In this document: positions 26,302 through 37,600 of the stretch, one piece after another
Position numbering within the stretch: the first letter of the stretch is position 1
How the letters are laid out: each line of letters starts with the position of its first letter
Assembly: GCF_006345805.1 (NCBI RefSeq)
Contig: NC_043001.1
Span: forward strand, 34,658,001 to 34,722,000
Reading direction: 5' to 3'
Source of the DNA: Octopus sinensis
Lineage: Eukaryota
DNA length: 64,000 nt
Notes under the pieces: model-generated
Database searches by the model: none
Told to the model about the DNA's origin: nothing
The model's input: the letters and a program-made list of their open reading frames with translations, nothing else
Translations under genes and position numbers: made by a program

Positions 26302-29300
26302 TAGCAGAGATACCCGGCGTTGCCCGTGTTACATACAATTGAAGAATTAGACTTTTCTGTTATATTTTCTCTAATGAACTGGAATATCTATGTTTCGAAA
26401 TTCATCAAAATTGCTGATGAGGGTTATTTTCCTCTTTACCCCCCCCCAAAAAAAAAAAATTGTAATCGTGCCACATATATCCCATACTACTGATTTTTAT
26501 GCGCATATTCCAAAATCCCAGTCTTATTGAACCTGTTTAAAAGATTTTGCTCCCGAAAAATGGAGGTTATAGAGCTCAAAAATGTGAGAGTTAAGGCCCC
26601 TGTTGGGAGTGGGCATCTTAATTTCAACCAGAGAAGTTGAATTGTTGAGAATCTTTTTAACTTGGGTCTTATATCTATTGTTTGAATTTCTTTGAAATAG
26701 GAAATATATGTTCACTGGGTTTGTAAAAGAGAGCAAAGCTACAGGAATGATCACAATAAGCAGTCCCTACTCTAGTCGTTACCACTCCAAATGTAGGATT
26801 CCTCACCATCCAGGTGACAGGCACAGCCGTAAGATGCATTACAAATCTATAGTAATTGGAAGGGTGTGACCCAACTGAAATAAACATCAACAACTGTGTG
26901 ACGTGAGGGCTAAGAGGAAATGAAAGTATTACCTCTAGAGTTTGCAAATGACCACTATACTGATACGTAACTGGACAGAATAAATATACAATCTATAAAT
27001 ACCTTTAAATAACCAGTCACTCATCTGGGAAGGCCTTGAAATCAATGTTACCATGTGGGGAATATGTATGACCCAGTGATAATAAAAAGACTGAAAGGAG
27101 GTCTGCAATCAAATATCTTTACTCAAAGCTTTGCAACTGAATCAGTGGAGGCAACGATGCCTCTCATTTACTTGACAATTTTGCAGCACATTGCAGAAAT
27201 CACAATGTAAGTTAGTTAGTTAGTAGTTAATTTGGCTCAAAAGCAAATAGCAAGGCCATGTAGGGGGACATGGAGTTAAGTACAGGGTAGTGTTCATGTA
27301 AAGAGTTCAGGCCACTTGAGGTCAAGGGAGGCTTTGAACAAAGCGGTCGTCGGCATCTTCACCATCTCGTCTGGCAGCTTGTTCCACGGATCCGCAACCC
27401 GGACGGAGAAAGCTCCTCTCCTTCGATTGAGATGAAATCGTCGCAGGTAGAGCTTTTCGGAATGACCCCGCAGCCGACGCTCTGGAGCAGGAGTGAAGAA
27501 CAGCTCTTTCGAGAGGTTACACTTTCCGCTTATGATGTTGTGGGCGAGAATGAGATCACCACGGCGGCGGCGTTTTTCAAGAGAACAAAGGTCGAGCGTC
27601 CTCAGCCTTTCTTCATAGGACAAATTTTTGAGACCATGAACCATGCGGGTAGCCAGCTTCTGGACTCTTTTGAGATGCTGTATGTCTTTGAGGAGATAAG
27701 GAGAAGAGGCTTGAATCCCGTATTCCAATTTGGGTCTCACCAGTGTGACATAGAGTGCTGTGAGCATTCCGAATGACCGTCGAATCAAGAACAGAATTCC
27801 GCGTGCTTTGTTGGCAGCATGGACGCACTGGGCCGAAGGCGAAAAGGAGGAATCCACCAAGATACCCAGGTCCTTTACCTGATCGGTCCTCTCCAGCAGC
27901 AGACGACCCGGCTCGAAATCAAGTTGAGTTGCAGGAGGAGAGCCAACAGGCAGATGACAGCACTTTGACACGTTCAGACACAGGTCCCATTCGTTAGACC
28001 ACTTCCAAATTTGGTGGAGGCATCGACAAAGATCCTCTATATCACCGCGAGGAGTGACCAGTTTGATATCGTCGGCAAATAGAAGGGTGTGTTGCGTGAG
28101 GTCGTCGGGCAAGTCATTTATGAAGACTAAGAACAATAAGGGCCCAAGCACTGAACCTTGAGGCACGCCACTGTTCGCACTGGACTTGGAAGGAGCGATC
28201 TGAGAGGAAGGCACCAACCCATCGTACAATATCCGGATGGAAACTATATGCTTGAAGCTTGACAAGTAATAAGCGGTGGTTTACCGAGTCAAAAGCTTTG
28301 GCAAAGTCCAATAAAACGATGTCAACAGCATCACTATCATCGAGGATGCGCGTCACCAATTCTTCCATTACCAGTAAGTTGGTCAAGCATGATCTCTTCG
28401 GCACGAAGCCGTGTTGGGAATCAGAGATAGAAGCTGTGTTTTGGAGGTGGAGCATCATACTTTTCTTAAGGATGGTTTCGATCATCTTGCTGATTATTGA
28501 TGTAAGGGAAACCGGTCGGTAGTTAAGCGGGTCTTCGCGGCTCCCTTTCTTGAAAATTGGGCAGATTATCGCTGTTCTCCAGTCCGCAGGTATAACACCC
28601 GTCGCCAATGACATATTGAATAGACGTGTTAAGGGCTCGCAGATGACCGGAGCCAACGCTTTGATAACCCGTGGGTGTATGCCGTCAGGGCCGTGACCCT
28701 TGTTGACATCGAGGCCTAAGTGTATGTCAAAGCAAACTGTTACACTGTTGTACCATTGAATTACAAATAATGCTCATCTTCTATGCTCGGATGACCCAAC
28801 AGCTTCCAAGAGTACAACTATTCGTCTTTGCTAAGATAAAATGACGAAATTGTGGGTGTTAAGTCCCCATGAAGGGGTCTTTCTAACTTGTAAGATGAAG
28901 AAATTTTATAAATATTACTTCATTTGTATCTAATATCTATGGTTAAAATTTCCTCAACAGCAAAAATATATGAATTGTCATGGGGGTTATGGCCCTTATG
29001 CATAGAATATAATTTCAAAATTTCATAAAGATCCATCCAGTACTTTTGACTTAGTTTTGGATCATAAAAGAAATGACTAAAATTTGGGAGTTAAGGCCCC
29101 CATTAGGGTGTCTTTGAATCCTCATGTGAAGTGGAAACTTTGAGAATACTTTTTGATGTGTGTCAATTACCCATGGTTGAAATTTCATCAACATCGAAAA
29201 TTTATGAATTTAAGCCATCTGAAATTCAAACCATACATATTGCATTATACCCGCCCTTTTGCATTGAATCTAAGTTTCAAATATCATAAGGATCCATTCA

Positions 29301-29460
29301 GAAATTTTGGTCCATGAAATTGTATGAAACACACAGCATTACCCTTCTCCCTGGACTTCGATTTTGGGTTCCAAATTTCATTATGATCGGTGCAGCAGTT
29401 TTCGAATGTATAAGTAATACACGAACGCATAAAGATATTGTCTTTGATATAATAAATATG
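26300..29460 (+). mobile_element. Helentron-associated non-autonomous element (HINE/DINE-1-like), about 1.6 kb of its own sequence, interrupted by a LINE
   Basis: 5' ACTAGcagagataCCCGGCGTTGCCCGtg matches 63136 (ACTAGccgtatcgCCCGGCGTTGCTCGGG); internal aaatttcat motifs; 3' end gcagcagttttcgaatg...ctttgatataataaatat. Confidence 0.65.
27209..28718 (-). mobile_element. 5'-truncated CR1/L2-group LINE; RT domain with one frameshift
   Basis: ORFs 28114-28656 (YRPVSLTS, QHGFVPKRSCLTNL, DFAKAFDSVNH) and 27294-28265 (GVPQGSVLGPLLF, FADDIK, RGHSEKL); (taac)n-type tail at 27209-27230. Confidence 0.96.
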
Positions 29461-29484
29461 AATGTACACCTATACATACATGAT

Positions 29485-29570
<86 letters not shown>

Positions 29571-29744
29571 TGTGTGTGTATTATATAGATAAATTGATAG
29601 ATACAACTGAGTGGGCAAACGAAAATATGAGATACTGTAAATAAACGAACACCAGTTGCGAGCCAGTGATGAGGGAGAAACACAAAGACACACACAAAGA
29701 CTTTCATATACATACATATATATACGATTGATTTATATCAATTT

Positions 29745-30125
29745 CTGCCAACAAAATCCACTGACAAGGCTTTGGTTGGTCTGAAGCTATGGCAGAAGAC
29801 ACAAGACACAGTGGGACTGAACCGAGGACCATGCGTTTTGGAACGAAGTTTGTTACCACAGAGCCACACCTGCACTTATGTATGTGTGTGTGTATGTGTG
29901 TATGTGTATATATATTTATGCGTGTATATGTGTGAATATATGCGTTCATATTACATGTACATCTATCTATATATATACATCTACACATATTCATGTATAC
30001 ATACAAATATATATGTATAGAAATAAATGTATACATATACAGCTACACATACACACAAACACACATACATAGGTGCAGGTGTGGCTGTGTGGTAACAAAC
30101 TTCGTTCCAAAACACATGGTCCTGG
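29745..30125. mobile_element. SINE family A 5' part (minus, 29745-29875) and its inverted duplicate head (plus, 30071-30125)
   Basis: gggactgaacc...ttaccacagagccacacc and ggtgtggctgtgtggtaacaaacttcgttcc. Confidence 0.85.
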
Positions 30126-30359
30126 ATTTAAATTTAATTTTAAAATAATATGGGTGAGAAATTGAATATTAATTTGATTAATATGAATTGAAAACCGGTG
30201 GTGTAGCATATAAGACCATAGCGGATTTTCTTCTAGCAAAATGGATGTCCACTGTTAATGGTTCATCCCTCTTATATAATAGTTCGTCTTTAATAGTTTC
30301 AGTATTAAAGTGAAAGTATCTGACATTACAATAGAGAGATGTTTTTGTTTCAATTTTAG

Positions 30360-30685
30360 CACGTAATACTGAAATAGTGGAGAAGATATGATATTGCTAT
30401 GGGCTCGCCCTAGGAAAAAGTTAATTTTTTTTGCCGATGACACTCCCCGGACCCTAAGTAAGCTATGTGTAAAATTCGAATGAAATTGGTAGTGTAGTTC
30501 TCAAGTTTTAGGGAATAATACTGGAGAAGATATGTCATTACTGTGGGCTCGCCTTTGGCAAAAAGTTAAATCTTTTTGCCGATGACTCTCCCCGGACCCT
30601 AAGTAAGCCATGTGTAAAATTTGAATGAAATTGGTTGTGTAGTTCTCAGGTTTTAGGGAAACACACTGACAGACGGACACACATT

Positions 30686-30720
<35 letters not shown>
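30360..30720 (+). mobile_element. 3' part of a HINE-like element with two internal repeats of about 140 bp
   Basis: gggctcgcc...gccgatgac.ctccccggaccctaagtaagc.atgtgtaaaatt.gaatgaaattgg occurs twice; ends gacagacggacacacattctcagtttatatat, as typical of DINE-1-like 3' ends. Confidence 0.6.
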
Positions 30721-30729
<9 letters not shown>

Positions 30730-30760
30730 ATACATGTATATATTTTAATGTGGATACATG

Positions 30761-30791
<31 letters not shown>

Positions 30792-30855
30792 AAGCTGAAA
30801 TCCATTGAGGCGTATTTTCATACAGTATAACATATATAGCATTTTTTTAAATGTA

Positions 30856-30918
<63 letters not shown>

Positions 30919-31445
30919 GCATACATAGCATATATATTTGTGCATGTATATAAATGTACATGCATATATCATTGCACTTTTGTGTGTATATATTCATGCG
31001 TGTGCGTGCTGTCCGTCCGTCCGTCCGTGTGTGTGTGTGTGTGTGCAGTGAAATAAACGTGTGAATATTACCGCCCATGGAGTGGCAGTAAAAATTGAAT
31101 AACTTCTCTGCTAATAATTAAACATGTCACTTTAGTATGTCAAAAATCTTTAGAGTAATCTTCGCCAAGTGTAAATAAACCTCTACTTGAACGAGAACAA
31201 ACAGATTTCTCGTTTATATAACACATATTGTAGAAAGTTTTATGCAAACTGCGGTGGAGTGTCGTTGGTCGAATAATCTGTAAAGAACTGGGCGAAATTT
31301 CATTTCTTATGGTATTCAGCTACTTCCCCTTATGTTATGAATTCAATTCTTACTGTAATACAATCCAGTTTACATCCAAACTGTCACCTTCGCAAATATT
31401 AAATGGTTTATATAATTTGTGAATGATAGTTATACAGTGAATAAC

Positions 31446-31862
31446 CCGGCAAGCTGGCAGAATCGTTAGCACGCTGGACAAAGTGCTTAGGAGAATTTCG
31501 CCCGTCGCTACGTTCTGAGTTCAAGTTTCACCGAGGTCGGCATTGCCTTCCATCCTTTCGGAGTCCATAAATTAAGTACCACTGAAAACACTGGGATCGA
31601 TCTAATCGAGTATCCCTGTCCCCCTAAATTTCACGCCTTGTGCAGTGAGTAAGGCGGTGAACTGGCAGAATTGTTAGCGCGCCAGCTAAAAAGGCCTGAC
31701 ATCATTTAGTCTGTCTACACGTTCTGAGATCAAATTCCGCCGTGGTCGATTTTGCCTTTCATCCTTTTCGGGGTCGATAAAATAAGAATCAGTCGAGCAC
31801 TGAGGTCGATGTACTCCACTTATTTCCTCCTCCATAATTGCTTCTCTTGAGCTAAAATTTGA
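31446..31862 (+). mobile_element. Two tandem SINE family B copies
   Basis: gctggcagaatcgttagc heads near 31453 and 31660 with ttcatcc(t)tttcggggtcgata cores. Confidence 0.85.
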
Positions 31863-32134
31863 AAGTGATATTTATGTAGTGAGTATTATACAACTTATAA
31901 ATCATATTCTTAATCGTATAGCGTATATAAAATAAAATATGTGCATAAAATCTTCATAATTACAGTTAATGAAATAAAAACACACACTAAATAACAACAT
32001 AGTATTATCGTGATAATTCTTATATAAATATTATATGAATAATTAAATGGTGCAGACAACGTATAACTATCTAATATCCTGTAAGGCACTCACTAGACTC
32101 AGTAGTAAAGAAGGATACATTAACACAGTCATTA

Positions 32135-32282
32135 TCTACCTACCTACCTAACTACCTACCTACCTACCTACCTACTTACCTACCTACTTACCTACCTACA
32201 TACGTACCTACCTACTTACCTACCTACATACGTACCTACCTACGTACCTACGTACGTGCCTACCTACCTGCCTGCCTGCCTA

Positions 32283-32333
<51 letters not shown>

Positions 32334-33160
32334 ATATCTATATATCTATCTATCTATCTATCTTCTATCTATCACTCGGCCCATCAATCTAACTTCAGTA
32401 GCAGTTTGCAACCAGTTACTAATTGAACTCGACCAGTCAGACATATATATATAGTCTGTCACACACACACATGTGTGTGTGTTTGTGTGTGTATATGTAT
32501 GTATGCGTGTATATCCCAAAATTAGGGAATGAAGTAGATCCTGGGATCTTACCTTTACATATATGTCTGTCTGCCTGCCTGCCTGCATGTCTGCCTGTCT
32601 GTCTGCCTGCTTGCCTGCCTGCCTGCCTGTCTGCCTGCCTGTCTGTCTGCCTGCCTGCCTGTCTGTCTGCCTGTCTGCCTGTCTGCCTGCCTGCCTGTCT
32701 GTCTGTCTGTCTGTCTGCCTGTATATCTGTCTGTCTGCCTGTCTATCTGCCTGTCTGTCTGTATGCCCGTCTGCCCGTCTGCCCGCCGGTCTGACTGCCT
32801 GTCTGCCTGCCTGTCTGTCTATCTGTCTGTGTGTGTGTGTGTGTGTGTCTGTCTGTGTGAGTGTGTCTGCCTGTGTGTGTGTCTGTCTGTGTCTGTGTGT
32901 GTGTCTGTCTGTGTGTGTGTGTGTGTCTGCCTGTGTGTGTGTCTGTCTGTGTGTCTCTGTGTCTGTCTGTCTGTGTATCTGTGTGTCTGTCTGTGTGTCT
33001 GTCTCTCTGTGTATCTGTCTATCTGTATGTCTGTCTGTGTATCTGTCTATCTGTCTGTCTGTCTGTCTCTCTGTGTATCTGTCTATCTGTCTGTCTGTCT
33101 GTCTGTATGTATGTCTGTCTTTCTTTCTATTTCTCTCTCTCTCTCTATATATATATATAT
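32135..33160. repeat. Compound microsatellite block (CCTA, TCTA, GCCT/GTCT, GT)
   Basis: Direct reading. Confidence 0.95.
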
Positions 33161-33276
33161 AACTATAAATGTTTGTTTCTATGTTAAATTATTATAAGCA
33201 TAATGCTACACTTCACTCAAGGATTATTCAGTACTTCGAGAGTTCGAATTGATCATCTTTAACAAGTGTAGTACTT

Positions 33277-33329
33277 ACAATGACTTCGAAGTTTCGGCCA
33301 GCTAAACAGCTAAACCATAACTAGACTGT
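33277..33329 (-). ncRNA. Decayed type I hammerhead ribozyme motif (probably inactive)
   Basis: Minus strand ACAGT-CTAGTTA-TGGTTTAGCTGTTTAGCTGGCC-GAAAC-TTCGAA-GTC-ATTGT: helix I and II pair and helix III is palindromic, but the CUGAUGA core is mutated. Confidence 0.5.
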
Positions 33330-33433
33330 TCGATTACTGACTCAGCTGGGATACTTCGAAGTGAGTATGTACGTATATGTGTATGTGTCTGTGTACACAC
33401 ACACACCACACACATATTAATAATATATATTAT

Positions 33434-33547
33434 ATATCACAATCAAGGAACGGCCATATAGGCCATTCACCCACTAGAAATAACAGCCAAAAGCTGTTAT
33501 TTCTAGTGGGTGAATGGCCTATTATGGCCGTTCCTTGATTGTGATAT
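33434..33547. repeat. Near-perfect inverted repeat, 54/55-bp arms with 5-nt loop
   Basis: atatcacaatcaaggaacggcc...agaaataacagc CAAAA gctgttatttct...ggccgttccttgattgtgatat. Confidence 0.95.
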
Positions 33548-33697
33548 TGAACTTAAAAATGGTTTATGACTATTTAATTTTTTCCCACTAGGCCGCTGGG
33601 GGCAAAAGAATTCTACAAAATTTTTTTGCCTCCCTATATTGATTAATTAATAATATATATATAATTATATAATATATATTATATATATCTATATATA

Positions 33698-33930
33698 TAT
33701 GTCTTCAGGTGCTTAGTCCCAGCTGGCGGGGATGATTGCCTCCCCTTTACAAATATAAGGACACAGAAAATGTGTCAAAGCCGACAAGAGACGTCGATGT
33801 TCCTAGGGCTAAATGGCGGTGGTGCAATTCCCTTACGGGACTGTCACGTTGAGTTGACGGTATACGACCACTATATCGCTCCACCACCGCTTATGTCTCT
33901 CTGAGACATTTAGAAATTCAATATTTCTAA
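33698..33930 (+). mobile_element. (TA)n-embedded repeat, paralog of the hammerhead-bearing element at 59549-59895
   Basis: About 120-bp alignable block with 59760-59885 and a 31/34 match of 33896-33929 to 59549-59582. Confidence 0.8.
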
Positions 33931-33969
33931 TATAGATATATATATAATATATAATATATAGATACACAC

Positions 33970-34004
<35 letters not shown>

Positions 34005-34112
34005 ATACATATATATATATTACATAACATATATGATATATACATATATGTACACACACTATATATATTATATATATATATATATATATATGTTTGTGTG
34101 TGTGTGTGGGTT

Positions 34113-35810
34113 ATAATCCTTAAATCCTTAAAAATGTTTTAGCTCGAAGGCCGCGGCCATGCAGGGTCACCACCGCTGAATGAGCTACACTAATATGTGA
34201 ATCCACCTCTGATACGTGGCACTTGATCAACAAGGAAGTTCGATGCTGTTGCCCGCATCTGCGTTTCCTGTCGTGAGGTAGGTTCATCTGGGACCCCCGA
34301 CAAAAAGGGATCCAGTTTATTTTTAAAGAAACCCATATCCACACTATGTAAGTCTCTCAGGCATTTAGGGAGGATGTTAAAGAGCTGTGGTCCTCTGAAA
34401 CCCAAGCTGTTGCAGTATCTGGACCTGTATTTTGATGGGGATGTTAGAATCTTTGGCACCATACAGTGGCGCCCCGTTCTGCGGTTTGAATGCCAAAGTT
34501 TGGGACAAGACCCTCCAGCATTTTCCAGATGTATATCACCGCATATCTCTTCCGCCTCCGCTCTAGGGAGAAGAGGTCTAATACTTTCAGTCTTTCCCAG
34601 TAGCTGATATTTTGCATTCAGACGATCTTCTTTGTGTAGCTTCTTTGAAGTTCTGCTGTTAGTTTTATATTGTGTGGTGACTATAGTTGGGAGCAGTAGT
34701 CCAAGCGGCTGGGGACGAATGTTTTCCAGAGGACCATCAGTGTCTCCTTCTCTCTTGTTCTGAAAGTTCGGAGAATCCATCCAGCCAGCCGTCTGCATTT
34801 TATCACCAGATTAGTAATATGCACTTGGAAAGATGCATCATTGCTCATGTCAATGCCCAGATCACGCACTGATTTTGACTCAGGGATTGCAATTCTTCTT
34901 GGGCCAGTGTATCCAATCTGCACGTCGTTTACCTTTGTGTGCTAGGTAGCGCAGGGCCTGGAACTTACCTGCATTAAACTGCATGTTGTTGTCCTCAGCC
35001 CACCTGTATATTGTATCCAACTCCTGTTGCAGAAGCGCAATATTTTCAGGGTTTTGTATTGTGTGGGAGACTTTTGTGTCATCTGCATAGCTAGCAAGGG
35101 TGGCCATCGTAGCAACTGAAGGCATATCTGAAAGGGCCACTATGAACAGCAGTGACCCCAAGACAGTGCCCTGTGAAACACCGCTTGTTATTTGTGTTTC
35201 CTTGGAGGTGGCTCCATTACTCACAACTGCCTGTCTTCTGTCTTTTAGGAAGTTGTGCAGCCACTCTCCAAGTTTTCCGCCTATACCGAGACCACGCAGT
35301 TTGTGATAGATCATACCGTGGTCGACTTTATCGAAGGCTTTTGCAAAGTCGAGATATATTACATCCACATTTGAGCCATTTAGTAGCTGTTTTAACTCCC
35401 AGTCATAGTGTTGCAGGAGCTGTGTTAAGCAGCTTCTACCTGGTCGAAATCCATGCTGGGTGTCAGACAGCAAGTCATTTTCTTCAAGGAACATGATTAG
35501 TTTCTTGCGGACTATTCGTTCCATGACTTTGCTGATGTGTGAGGTCAGAGAGATATGCCTATAATCTTTAGCATCTGCTCTGCTACCTCCCTTATGGATA
35601 GGACATATTACCCCTTTTTTCAATTTGACTGGGAGGTTACCACTTGCAAGAAAGCTCTGAAAAAGAAGCTGTAGCGGTTTTGTAAGGGCTCGTTTGCACG
35701 ATTTGAGAAGGATCGTTGGAAATCCATCAGGTCCAGCAGCTGAGTTTGTGTCAATCTCATCTATGGCTAGTTTGATATCATCATCTTCAATGTTGATGTA
35801 CTCAATTTTC
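34113..35810 (-). mobile_element. 5'-truncated CR1/L2-group LINE (RT domain, frameshifted) with intact 3' UTR
   Basis: AAGPDG; ORF 34880-35623 (YRHISLTSH, QHGFRPGRSCLTQL, DFAKAFDKVDH, QGTVLG, YADD); further frames 34681-34923 and 34190-34798; tail ttaaggatttaaggatt. Confidence 0.96.
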
Positions 35811-35938
35811 TTTGTATGTATGTAAAAAAAATATATTATATATATATATATATATATACATACATATATATATATTCATATATATATATGTGTGTGTGTG
35901 TGGGTATATATGTAAATGTATGTATATATATAGATATA

Positions 35939-35986
<48 letters not shown>

Positions 35987-36737
35987 AAAAGAGAGAGAGA
36001 GAGAGCGAGAGAGAATAATCCACATTATAGACTTCGGAGAGTCTTTCTCTCGGTAACAGATGGCATCAACTCAATCCAAATACACACAAGACAGAGAGAC
36101 GCTGTATTAATATTCCATTGTCTTAACACAACTTCCTTTTTAATTTGTCTCTCGATTAACAATGGTTTGGCCCGTTTGTAACTCATAATTCCCTGAATCT
36201 AGGGACGTTATTAATTATACATTCAGACACATACGGCTTCGGAATTAATACGCATAAATGTACAACAATGAATATGTGTCCCTTTTCTTAGACATTTCTG
36301 TGTAGATGTATATAACCATAATGTTCTCGTCTGTACAGTCCGTTTAGTATTTTCTTGTGTGTCTTGGCCCGCTCGTATGCATATGAAAATCTGTCTGCAT
36401 ATATACAAACGGCTCCTATATGTAAATTCAACATCTTACGGTATCGGACTCGCTAATGGACGCAATCATTAGTTTGTTTTAATGATATACAACAACAATG
36501 CATGCTCACAATAGTTTCGTTTGAGTCAATCGCATTCAGCTATCACTGTCACATATTTACATATTCTATATCTTCTGATTTTAAATTCGTGTACACATTT
36601 CCTAAGATTTTGACAGGCCACTTCACAAATTAATTCAATGAGTATGTTGTTCAGGTCATCGAACAACTCAATGCTCATAGAGGCGACACAAATATGTATA
36701 TGTATACATATACATACGACGACAAATATATATATAT

Positions 36738-36786
<49 letters not shown>

Positions 36787-36847
36787 ATATATATATGCAT
36801 GTATGTGTGTATGTATGTATCTATATATATAATATATATATATATAT

Positions 36848-36932
<85 letters not shown>

Positions 36933-37379
36933 TATGCATGTATGTGTCTATGTATGTATGGACACAATTATACATAGCTATATGGATATATACGCAGATT
37001 CCCTAATATGTTTATTGAATTACATATTGTATGATTCATTCTAAGACTGTTATACGTACTCTACTATATTCATTGTAAATTGACCTTTTTGAGGTCATTG
37101 AATCTGTAGATAATCGAAAGTAAGCTCGTCTGTAACTCTAATTCCATTTCTAAGTAATTCTAAATTGATATGATACAATTATAACTCAGTCCGATGCTAT
37201 GCAGTTGATTGAACCAATGAACAACTGTCTTCGCCTTGGATGCCCTTCACAGAATATCGATGGTTTTACTACTATCAATTACGATATAACTGTAGCCAAC
37301 CACTTCTATTAACGATTGATACGTTGCAAAACATGATTTTATGAGTTCCGGAAAATGGGTCAGCGTAAAATGGGTGTAT

Positions 37380-37600
37380 GTGTATAATGACCAAGAGTTT
37401 CTTTACTTTCTGTCACTAGCATCAGGTGTCAAGCTGTTCCTATGACACAATCTTTCGTAGAGTTCACCATCGCAACCTGGTGTTTTCGGGCCTCTAGAGA
37501 AGTTGAGGCAGTTGTTGCTAGTATTTGGAGGAAAGTTGTGCCAATTTGAGGATAATAAATTTAGCTTATATGCCGTTTCAGACTCTAGAACCACAAAAGC
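37380..37600 (-). mobile_element. Possible L1/Tx1-like ORF2 remnant
   Basis: ORF 37403-37594 contains GPKTPGCDGELYE, resembling the K(S/T)PG.DG...E.Y pre-RT motif. Confidence 0.3.
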
